The notes beneath the pieces were generated by a model, which made no database searches, was not told the DNA's origin, and saw only the letters and a list, made by a program, of their open reading frames with translations. From Candidatus Eiseniibacteriota bacterium (GTDB lineage Bacteria > Eisenbacteria > RBG-16-71-46), in NCBI GenBank assembly GCA_044223005.1, contig JBGAML010000031.1, positions 1 through 15,537 of the forward strand: 15,537 bases of DNA, written 5' to 3'. The translations under genes were made by a program, and so were the position numbers. This document shows positions 1 through 6,598 of the stretch, piece after piece. The first letter of the stretch is position 1. The number at the start of each line of letters is the position of its first letter.

Positions 1-318
1 GCGCCCCAGACGCAGCGCGAGGTTCATGATCGACTGCGGCGAGGCCTTGAACTCGCGTGCGATCTGGCGCAGGGCCGAGCCCCCGAGCAGCCGGTGCGCG
101 ACCGGGATCAGCCGCTTGGGATAGCGGAGCCAGTAGGTGGAGGCGAAGGTCTGGGTGGAGAAGTTGCGCCCACAGTGGTCACAGCGGAAACGGGCGATGC
201 GGCGGGGGCGGGCCTGGCGGGTGTAGTAGCCGGCGTGGGACCAGCGCCACAAGGCACGTTCGGCCTTGTGGTAGCGACAGCTCGGGTTGGGGCAGAACGG
301 TGGGATGAAGGTCGTCAT
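1..318 (-). CDS. IS1-family-like transposase, N-terminal part (Zn ribbon + HTH); 3' end runs off the window
   Basis: Not in the ORF track; translated by hand from ATG at 318, open to position 1: MTTFIPPFCPNPSCRYHKAERALWRWSHAGYYTRQARPRRIARFRCDHCGRNFSTQTFASTYWLRYPKRLIPVAHRLLGGSALRQIAREFKASPQSIMNLALRLGR. CPNPxC...RFRCxxCGRxFS is an InsA-like zinc ribbon and SALRQIAREFKASPQSI is an HTH. The DDE domain is not visible in the window. Confidence 0.75.
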   Translation of the reverse strand, partial: MTTFIPPFCPNPSCRYHKAERALWRWSHAGYYTRQARPRRIARFRCDHCGRNFSTQTFASTYWLRYPKRLIPVAHRLLGGSALRQIAREFKASPQSIMNLALRLGR

Positions 319-331
319 GCCTGAGGTGTTC

Positions 332-347
332 TGCACGCCTCAGGCCA
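332..347 (-). promoter_or_regulatory. sigma54-type -24/-12 promoter of the transposase-like gene
   Basis: Minus strand reads TGGCCTGAGGCGTGCA, i.e. GG-N10-GC spacing, ending 13 nt upstream of the ATG at 318. It lies within an inverted repeat (319-329/335-345). Confidence 0.5.
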
Positions 348-393
348 GCTGCATTCTTCCGAGCACAACCCGTTTCTCGAGCGCTGAGGAGTC

Positions 394-422
394 CTGCAGC
401 GCCGACCCGCCGCGGCCGATAA
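394..422 (+). promoter_or_regulatory. candidate sigma28 (FliA)-type promoter upstream of the TPR-glycosyltransferase
   Basis: Exact -10 consensus GCCGATAA at 415-422. The -35 region (CTGCAG at 394-399) matches TAAAG/TCAAG only weakly. Confidence 0.35.
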
Positions 423-530
423 CTCCCGGGAACGAGGGGAGACGGGCCGCCCGGTCACCGGGCGCTCCGCCGCATGCCGCCGGCCCCGCCGGCCGCGGCG
501 TGGACCCTCGGCGTCACCGGAGGAGTCCCG

Positions 531-1817
531 ATGCGGAAACGACTGCAGCACGCCGCGGCCCGGCTGGAACGCCGCGACCTGGACGGCGCCGAGCAGGAAC
601 TGCGCGCCATCCTCGACGACGATCCGCGCCAGGCGGTCGCCCAGAACCTGCTCGGGCTCGTGCTCCTGGAGCGCCGCAATCACGCCGGCGCGCTGAACGC
701 CTTCGCGACCGCGGTCGAGCTGCAGCCGCCCTTTCCCGACGCGCTCGTGAACCTCGCGGTCGCCTGCAACCGCAGCGGCGCGCACGAGCTGGCGATCTCC
801 GCGTGCGAGCAGGCGCTGGCGGCGCGGCCGGGAGACGCGAACGCGTTCATCAACCTCGGCATGGCGTGCAAGGGCCTGCGCCGGTTGGACGACGCGAAGC
901 GTGCGTTCGAGCTGGCCGGCGCGCATCCCATGGCGCGCTTCAACCTGGGGCACGTGCTGATGCTCGAGAAGGATCTCGAGCACGGACTGCCGCTGCTGGA
1001 GCACCGGCGCGGGCTGCTGGGACTCGGGCGCGACCTGCGCGGCCCGGCGTGGACGGGTGACGCGCGGCCCGACGCGACGCTGCTGGTCGTCCCCGAGCAG
1101 GGCCTCGGCGACGTCGTGCTCATGAGCCGCTTCTTCCCCACGCTCGCGGACCGCTTCGCGAAGGTGGTGATCGTCGCCCCCGGCCCGCTGGTGCGGCTCG
1201 TGGCCGCGATCGACCCGCGCCTCGCGGTCGTGACCTCGCCCGCGGACCACGCGTGGGACCTGTGGGCGCCGGTGATGAGCCTGCCGTGGCTGCTCGGCAT
1301 CCAGCGGCTCGAGGACGTGCCCACTCGGCCGTGGATCTCGCGGCCGGGGACCGTGGCGGGCGACCGCCTGCGGGTGGGCATCAACTGGGCGGGCAACCCG
1401 AACTACGCCTACGACCAGGTGCGCTCCACGACGCTCGAGAACTTCGCGCCGCTGCTCGAAGTGGACGGCATCGAGTGGGTGTCGCTGCACCGCGGCCCGC
1501 GCGAGTCGGACGCCCGGGTGTTCGGGCTGGCGGAGCCGCTGCGCGAGGCGCGCGACTTCCTCGATACCGCCGACGTGATCGCCGGGCTGGACCTCGTGGT
1601 GTCGACCGAAACGGCGATCCCCAACCTGTCCGCGGCCATGGGGGTGCCCACCTGCGTCGCCTGCGTGATGGACGTCGACTGGCGCTGGAACGGCTGGTAC
1701 GAGGACGTCACGATCTGCATGCAGCGCGAGGCGGGCAACTGGAACGGCCCCGTCGCCGACATCGCGGGGCGGATCGTCGCGATGCTGGACGCCGGCGCGG
1801 CGCGCGCGGCGGCCTGA
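531..1817 (+). CDS. TPR-repeat protein with C-terminal GT-B (glycosyltransferase family 9-like) domain, 428 aa
   Basis: SD GGAGGAG at 519-525 precedes ATG 531 (preferred over 474). About 4 TPRs (AQNLLGLVLL, ALVNLAVAC, AFINLGMAC, ARFNLGHVL) are followed by the family motifs LLVVPEQGLGDV, P..SLP..LG, RVGINWAGNP, WVSLH and DFLDTADVIAGLDLVVSTETAIPNLSAAMGVPT. Confidence 0.85.
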   Translation: MRKRLQHAAARLERRDLDGAEQELRAILDDDPRQAVAQNLLGLVLLERRNHAGALNAFATAVELQPPFPDALVNLAVACNRSGAHELAISACEQALAARPGDANAFINLGMACKGLRRLDDAKRAFELAGAHPMARFNLGHVLMLEKDLEHGLPLLEHRRGLLGLGRDLRGPAWTGDARPDATLLVVPEQGLGDVVLMSRFFPTLADRFAKVVIVAPGPLVRLVAAIDPRLAVVTSPADHAWDLWAPVMSLPWLLGIQRLEDVPTRPWISRPGTVAGDRLRVGINWAGNPNYAYDQVRSTTLENFAPLLEVDGIEWVSLHRGPRESDARVFGLAEPLREARDFLDTADVIAGLDLVVSTETAIPNLSAAMGVPTCVACVMDVDWRWNGWYEDVTICMQREAGNWNGPVADIAGRIVAMLDAGAARAAA

Positions 1818-1831
1818 GCCCCGGCATGCGA

Positions 1832-1864
1832 ACGGCGGGCGCGCCCTCGCGGCGCGCCCGCCGT
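1832..1864. terminator. bidirectional terminator-like hairpin between the convergent GT genes
   Basis: Perfect 14-bp stem ACGGCGGGCGCGCC / GGCGCGCCCGCCGT with loop CTCGC, followed by CGTTTG; the U-tract is weak. Confidence 0.65.
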
Positions 1865-1881
1865 CGTTTGGTGCGGAAGCG

Positions 1882-3897
1882 TTAGCGGCCGGCGGCGGCC
1901 CGCAGCGGCTCGCGGGCGCCGGCGAGCCCGGCCCGGATCGCGGCGAAGCGTTCGCGGTAGCCGCGGCCCACGGTCTCGATGTCGTAGCGCGCCTGCACGA
2001 ACTCGTACGCGCGCTGCACCCTCGCCTCGCGGTCCGGCGACGTGCGCACCTCCAGCATGCGCTGCGCGGCGTGCTCGACGTCCGGCTCGGCCCACTCCTG
2101 CCCCGGCTCGTCGTAGACGAAGTCCCGGGCGGGTACCGGCACGAGCGTGTAGCGCACGGGCCACGCGTTCGCCTCGGTGGTGAAGTCGGCGTTGCCCGAG
2201 TAACCGGTGGCGATCACCGGGACGCGCAGCTTCATCGCCTCGGCCATCCCGAGCCCGAGCCCTTCCGAACGGTGCAGCGCGACGTAGCAGTCGCAGACCG
2301 AGATCAGGCCGTGCACCTCGTTGGAGGTGAAGCTGTCGTCGATGATCGTGATCCGCCGGTCCTCGCGCGCGGTGCGCCGCAGCGCCGCGTAGGTGGCCTC
2401 GTCGGCGCTCGAGAGCAGCTGGGTGTTGTGCGTCTTGATCACGAAGTGCACGTGCTCGTCGCCCGGGAACGCGAGCTGGAACGCCCGCACGGCGGCCACG
2501 GGGTTCTTGCGCGTGAAGCGCGACGCGCCGTCGAACGTGTAGGCGAACGTGAAGCGGTCCTCGGGGATCCCGAAGTACGCGCGGTTGGCCCAGGTGAGGT
2601 CGCCGATCCGCGGCACCGGCGTGCCGACCACCGTGACCGGCTTGTCGGTGGCCTTGCGGAACACGTCGCGCAGGTACTCGCTCGAGACCCAGACCTCGTC
2701 CACGAGATCGGTGCCCAGGCGGTGCGCGAGCGTGGGGATCGAGGTCTCCCAGAAGAAGAACCCGATGTTGTAGCGGCCCTCGAACTGTTCGAGCCCGAAC
2801 TCGGCCAGGTTCTCGATCAGCACGTCGGGGTTGAAGTGGATCACGTTGATGTCGCCGCGAATCGAGGGCCGCTCGCGTGCGTCCTCGGCCTCGTCGGTCC
2901 GTCCCCACGTCGCGACGTGGTTGAGCACGTCGTACGCGACGCCGGCGGCGCCGCACGCCTCCACCGTGGCGCGCGAGGCGGCGCCCAGGCCCGAGCCGTG
3001 GCTCACGGGGCCGACGATCGTCACGATGGGTTCGCGCGCGGCCGCGTGCGCCGGCGCGATCGGGTCGATGCGGGCCGCGCGCAGGCCGTGCGCGGCGCGC
3101 AGCGGCTCGGGCAGCCGCAGGCGCGCGACGAGCCCGGGGATCTCGCGCCGCACGGTCTCGGCGACCTCGGCGCGGCCCAGGTCGCGCTCGGCGACGAGCC
3201 CGCGTTCGACCACGAGGTGGTGCGTGAGGCCGGTCAGCACGAGCCGCCGCGCCGGCGTCGGCACCGGGGCGGCGAGCCGCTCCCACTGCGCGGGCGAGAG
3301 CACGTAGCGGGGCAGCGCGCCCTCGTCCACGTCGGCGAGCACGCGCAGCAGCGCCTGCGAGTAGTCCGCGGGCCGCGAAAGATCGAGCCCGCGCAGCGGC
3401 GTCGCCACCCGGCGCACGAAGAGCAGCGCGCGCGTCACGCCCAGCGCGCTGCCCGGCTCGATCCCGGGCGCGGGCGACCAGAGCACGTCGCGGAACGCGT
3501 CGCCGACCAGCGATTCCGGCCAGCGCATGGTGGACTGCAGCGTGAGCGCCACGTAGCAGGCGAACTCGCAGTAGTCGCGCTCGACCGAGAGGTCGTAGCG
3601 CTTGCGCAGGTCGCGGCTGAACTGGTGCACGATCGCCGCGAGCCGCGGCACCGGCCCGAAGCCGCGCACGTGCTCGTCCGGCTCCGACAGCCACGCGGCG
3701 AGCGCGTCGCTGGCGAGCACCACGCAATCCACGCCCTCGCGCTTGCGGCTGCCGCGCACCAGGTATTCGTAGACGGCGCGGCGCCGCTCGCTCTCGTTGC
3801 GCGGCGGGCGGCGGTGCTTGATCAGCCAGAGCTGCAGGATGTGGCGATGGAGGTACGCCGGGAACGGCGGCTCGGCCGCCAGGATCTTCGCGAGCAT
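1882..3897 (-). CDS. glycosyltransferase family 4 protein with ~290-aa N-terminal domain of unknown function, 671 aa
   Basis: ATG 3897 is preceded by GGTGGA and lies downstream of a sigma54 promoter, so the track's 4029 start is too long. C-terminal GT4 motifs: SGLGAASR, YNIGFFFWETS, DEVWVSSEY, RKNPVAAVRAF, DCYVALHRSEGLGLGMAEAMKLRVPVIATGYSGNADF (EX7E), WAEPDVEHAA. Confidence 0.85.
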   Translation of the reverse strand: MLAKILAAEPPFPAYLHRHILQLWLIKHRRPPRNESERRRAVYEYLVRGSRKREGVDCVVLASDALAAWLSEPDEHVRGFGPVPRLAAIVHQFSRDLRKRYDLSVERDYCEFACYVALTLQSTMRWPESLVGDAFRDVLWSPAPGIEPGSALGVTRALLFVRRVATPLRGLDLSRPADYSQALLRVLADVDEGALPRYVLSPAQWERLAAPVPTPARRLVLTGLTHHLVVERGLVAERDLGRAEVAETVRREIPGLVARLRLPEPLRAAHGLRAARIDPIAPAHAAAREPIVTIVGPVSHGSGLGAASRATVEACGAAGVAYDVLNHVATWGRTDEAEDARERPSIRGDINVIHFNPDVLIENLAEFGLEQFEGRYNIGFFFWETSIPTLAHRLGTDLVDEVWVSSEYLRDVFRKATDKPVTVVGTPVPRIGDLTWANRAYFGIPEDRFTFAYTFDGASRFTRKNPVAAVRAFQLAFPGDEHVHFVIKTHNTQLLSSADEATYAALRRTAREDRRITIIDDSFTSNEVHGLISVCDCYVALHRSEGLGLGMAEAMKLRVPVIATGYSGNADFTTEANAWPVRYTLVPVPARDFVYDEPGQEWAEPDVEHAAQRMLEVRTSPDREARVQRAYEFVQARYDIETVGRGYRERFAAIRAGLAGAREPLRAAAGR

Positions 3898-3970
3898 GGA
3901 TCCACCTGGGTGGGTCGTCCGGTCCGGATGCGGGCGCCCCGCGGCGATCGCGGCGGCCCCACGCCGGGAC

Positions 3971-3986
3971 TGCAAGCGAGGTGCCA
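3971..3986 (-). promoter_or_regulatory. sigma54 (RpoN) promoter of the GT4 gene
   Basis: Minus strand TGGCACCTCGCTTGCA is an exact TGGCAC-N5-TTGCA consensus, about 75 nt upstream of ATG 3897 and correctly oriented. Confidence 0.8.
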
Positions 3987-4220
3987 CGCGCCGCGGCCGG
4001 CACGCACCCCGCGAAATGCCGGTCACCACGCGCGCTCCCGGACCGCCGGCCCGCCGCCGGGCGCCGTGCGGGCGCTCCGGAGCGGCAGAAGCTGCCGGGA
4101 TCCTTTCGGCCGCTGCGTTCTCCCACGGGGTGTGCGCGACCGGGCGAGCAGCATCCGGCCGATAGACTCGCGCCGCGGTTCGCCCTCGCGCCGTTCACCT
4201 CGACCTCGAGGAACCTCCCG

Positions 4221-5423
4221 ATGAACTCCCGCAAGCACGGAATCCATACGCGACTCGTCCACGCCGGGCACCATGCCGACCCCACCGGGGCCGTCACGGT
4301 GCCGATCTACCAGAGCTCGACGTTCGCCTTCCGCGACGCGCAGCACGGCGCCGCGCTCTTCGCCGGCCAGGGCGAGGGCTACATCTACACCCGGCTCGGC
4401 AACCCGACCATCGCCGCGCTCGAGGAGTGCGTCGCCGAACTGGAGAACGGCGCCGGCGCGATCGCGACCAGTTCCGGCATGGGCGCGGTGGCGGTCGTCT
4501 ACATGGCGCTGCTCGGGCAGGGCGCGCACATGGTGAGCACGGCCTCGGTCTACGGACCCTCGCGCGGCCTCGTCGAGACGCACCTCGCCCGTTTCGGCGT
4601 GACCGCGACGTTCGTCGACTCGACCAACCCCGAGAACGTCCGGCGCGCGCTGCGCCCCGAGACCAAGCTCGTGTACATCGAGTCGCCGTCCAACCCGGCG
4701 ATGCAGGTCACGGACATCGCCGAGATGGCGAAGCTCGCGCACGCCCACGGTGCGGTGCTCGCGGTGGACAACACGTTCGCCTCTCCCTACCTGCAGAAGC
4801 CGCTCGACCTGGGCGCGGACGTGTCGCTGCACTCGATCACCAAGTTCATCAACGGGCACGCCGACGTGGTCGGCGGCATCGTGGTGACGAAGACGCCCGA
4901 GATGCTCAAGCGCCTCCGCCCGCTCATGACCTCGCTCGGGTGCAACATGGACCCGCACCAGGCGTGGCTGGTGCTGCGCGGCGTGAAGACGCTGGGGCTG
5001 CGCGTCGAGCGCGCGCAGGCGGGCGCGATCGAGATCGCGCGCTGGCTCGAGGCGCGGCCCGAGGTCGCGTGGGTGCGCTACATCGGCCTGCCCTCGCACC
5101 CGCAGCACGCGCTGGCGGCGCGGCAGATGAGCGGGTTCGGCTCCATGATCGCGTTCGAGCTCAAGGGCGGGATCGACGCCGGCCGCGCAGTGATGGACCA
5201 CGTGCAGGTGGCGACGCTCGCCGTTTCGCTGGGCGGCGTCGAGACGCTGATCGAGCACCCCGCGTCGATGACACATGCGGGCGTCTCGCGCGAACACCGC
5301 CTGGAGGCGGGCATCACCGACGGGCTCGTGCGCTACGCCGTCGGGATCGAGGATCCGGCGGACCTGATCGCCGACCTCGAGCAGGCGTTCGCGCACATCC
5401 CGGCGGCCGTCGCGGCCCGCTGA
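4221..5423 (+). CDS. Cys/Met metabolism PLP-dependent lyase (methionine gamma-lyase / cystathionine lyase family), 400 aa
   Basis: SD GAGGA at 4208-4212 and ATG 4221. Motifs TGAVTVPIYQSSTF, YIYTRLGNPT, SSGMGA, YIESPSNP, VDNTFASP, HSITKFINGHADV (PLP Lys) and AVSLGGVETLIEHPASMTH. The exact substrate is uncertain. Confidence 0.9.
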   Translation: MNSRKHGIHTRLVHAGHHADPTGAVTVPIYQSSTFAFRDAQHGAALFAGQGEGYIYTRLGNPTIAALEECVAELENGAGAIATSSGMGAVAVVYMALLGQGAHMVSTASVYGPSRGLVETHLARFGVTATFVDSTNPENVRRALRPETKLVYIESPSNPAMQVTDIAEMAKLAHAHGAVLAVDNTFASPYLQKPLDLGADVSLHSITKFINGHADVVGGIVVTKTPEMLKRLRPLMTSLGCNMDPHQAWLVLRGVKTLGLRVERAQAGAIEIARWLEARPEVAWVRYIGLPSHPQHALAARQMSGFGSMIAFELKGGIDAGRAVMDHVQVATLAVSLGGVETLIEHPASMTHAGVSREHRLEAGITDGLVRYAVGIEDPADLIADLEQAFAHIPAAVAAR

Positions 5424-5432
5424 CGCAAACGG

Positions 5433-5466
5433 CGAGGGCCCGCACGCGCACGCGTGCGGGCCCTCG
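5433..5466. terminator. terminator-like hairpin between the convergent lyase and porin genes
   Basis: Perfect 15-bp stem CGAGGGCCCGCACGC / GCGTGCGGGCCCTCG with loop GCAC; the upstream CAAAC gives a short U-run on the minus strand. Confidence 0.65.
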
Positions 5467-5482
5467 TGCGTCCGGCGCGAGC

Positions 5483-6463
5483 CTAGAAGCGCAGCTGCAG
5501 CTGCGCGATGCCCACATCCGTGCGCTGCTGGAGCTTGCCCGTGCGGCGCTGCGACCATTCGAGCAGCAGTTTCACGCGCGTCGGCGCGAGGTCGAGGTTG
5601 GCGCCGGCCGAGTAGGCGCGCACGCGGCGCGCGGGCCCGTACCACGGGCGCTGGAAGTCCTCGAGCCGCACGAACGGCGCGATCGTGGGCGTCGCGCGGT
5701 ACTGGCCGAAGAGCGTCCAGCCCACGTCGTCCTTGTCGCTCGCGTGGCCCTTGCGGTGCCGCGTCATCCACTCGGCGCGAACGAGCCCGCCCCACTGCTC
5801 GAGCTGGCCGTCGAAGCCGTAGCGCAGGCTGTCCGCGCCCTCGTGCGTGGCGCTCGCGCCGAGCCCCAGCTGCGGCACCGGCCGCGCAGCGAGCCGGCCG
5901 ATCACGAGCACCATCGAGTCGCGGTTCGCGATCGCGTTCTGGCCCTCGCCGTTGAACCAGCCGAGCGACGCGGTCACCCACGGGCGCGGCGCGTACTCGG
6001 CCATGACGCCGACGTCGTACTTGGGCGCGAGCGAGTCCACCGCCACGGCGAGGTCGGCCGTCTCGAGCTGCGTGATCGGGATCAGGTACTCGCGCGTGAA
6101 CGGCGTCTTGAACTGCCCACCCGTGAGCGTGAACGGCGCGTGCGTCCAGCGCGCGTACGCCTCGCGCAGGCTCGGCGTCGCGGCCGACTTCGCGCCGTTG
6201 GACGCCTCGCCCTCGAACAGCAGCTTGTAGCTGAACGCGTTCGGCAGCGAGCCGTCGACCGAGAAGCGGGCGCGAACCAGTGACGCGCTCCAGCCCACGT
6301 GCTCCTGGAACAGCTCGCGGAACTGGAGGTAGCCGCCCACGCGCGGCGGCGGCACGGGCGCCGGCGCGGGCGCGGTGGCGGTGGAGTCGACGGCGGACGC
6401 GGCGCCCGCGAAGGCGAGCAGCGCGGCCGCGGCGATCGTGAGGACGGCGGATCGGCGGCGCAT
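5483..6463 (-). CDS. outer-membrane porin, OprO/OprP (phosphate-selective porin)-like, 326 aa
   Basis: Sec signal peptide (MRRRS + hydrophobic stretch + ASA), a Pro/Ala linker, then GGYLQFR, RARFSVDG, LREAY, GQFKTPFTRE, YDVGVM and FNGEGQN. Amphipathic beta strands and a C-terminal Phe beta-signal (AQLQLRF). Confidence 0.75.
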   Translation of the reverse strand: MRRRSAVLTIAAAALLAFAGAASAVDSTATAPAPAPVPPPRVGGYLQFRELFQEHVGWSASLVRARFSVDGSLPNAFSYKLLFEGEASNGAKSAATPSLREAYARWTHAPFTLTGGQFKTPFTREYLIPITQLETADLAVAVDSLAPKYDVGVMAEYAPRPWVTASLGWFNGEGQNAIANRDSMVLVIGRLAARPVPQLGLGASATHEGADSLRYGFDGQLEQWGGLVRAEWMTRHRKGHASDKDDVGWTLFGQYRATPTIAPFVRLEDFQRPWYGPARRVRAYSAGANLDLAPTRVKLLLEWSQRRTGKLQQRTDVGIAQLQLRF

Positions 6464-6501
6464 GAAGGACCTCGGCCGCGCCGTGGGGGAGCGTGGCGGA
6501 C

Positions 6502-6560
6502 TGGATATCGGTGGTTAGATGACCTAAAATGACCTCTTGGATCCTACAAAGACATTTTAG
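6502..6560. promoter_or_regulatory. divergent promoter/operator region between the porin and the mod operon
   Basis: AT-rich island. Direct repeat ATGACCT at 6519-6525 and 6529-6535; inverted repeat CTAAAATG (6524-6531) / CATTTTAG (6553-6560); plus-strand TGGATA-N17-TAAAAT (6502-6530); a minus-strand TAAAAT at 6554-6559. Confidence 0.6.
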
Positions 6561-6598
6561 CACCCGCAGGATCCGGTTCCCAGCCGACGGGAGACCCC

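Noticed and set aside
57..324. Short plus-strand ORFs 57..308 and 94..324
   Set aside because: Antisense shadows of the minus-strand Zn-ribbon/HTH ORF; no motifs.
474..530. Upstream ATG 474 for the TPR-GT gene
   Set aside because: No SD sequence, whereas ATG 531 has GGAGGAG at proper spacing.
4158..4168. GCCGATAG (sigma28-like) overlapping TAGACT (sigma70 -10-like) upstream of the lyase
   Set aside because: No supporting -35 element for either reading; too ambiguous to call.
3981..4220. N-terminal extension of the PLP lyase, or a SAM riboswitch in its leader
   Set aside because: Family similarity starts at ATG 4221, which has an SD. I could not find SAM-I/II/IV core motifs by eye; an Rfam cmscan would settle it.
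1409..4297. 962-aa minus ORF and 717-aa plus ORF (2071..4224)
   Set aside because: Arg/Ala/Gly-rich off-frame or antisense shadows of the GT4 gene, expected at this GC content.
4023..6563. 846-aa minus ORF and 618-aa plus ORF (4427..6283)
   Set aside because: Low-complexity shadow frames spanning two real genes.
6464..6598. Canonical ModE box, Pho box or Moco/Tuco riboswitch in the spacer
   Set aside because: No TATAT-N7-TAYAT ModE pattern; the repeats have a 10-bp period and do not match the 11-bp CTGTCAT Pho repeat; there is too little leader for the riboswitch fold.
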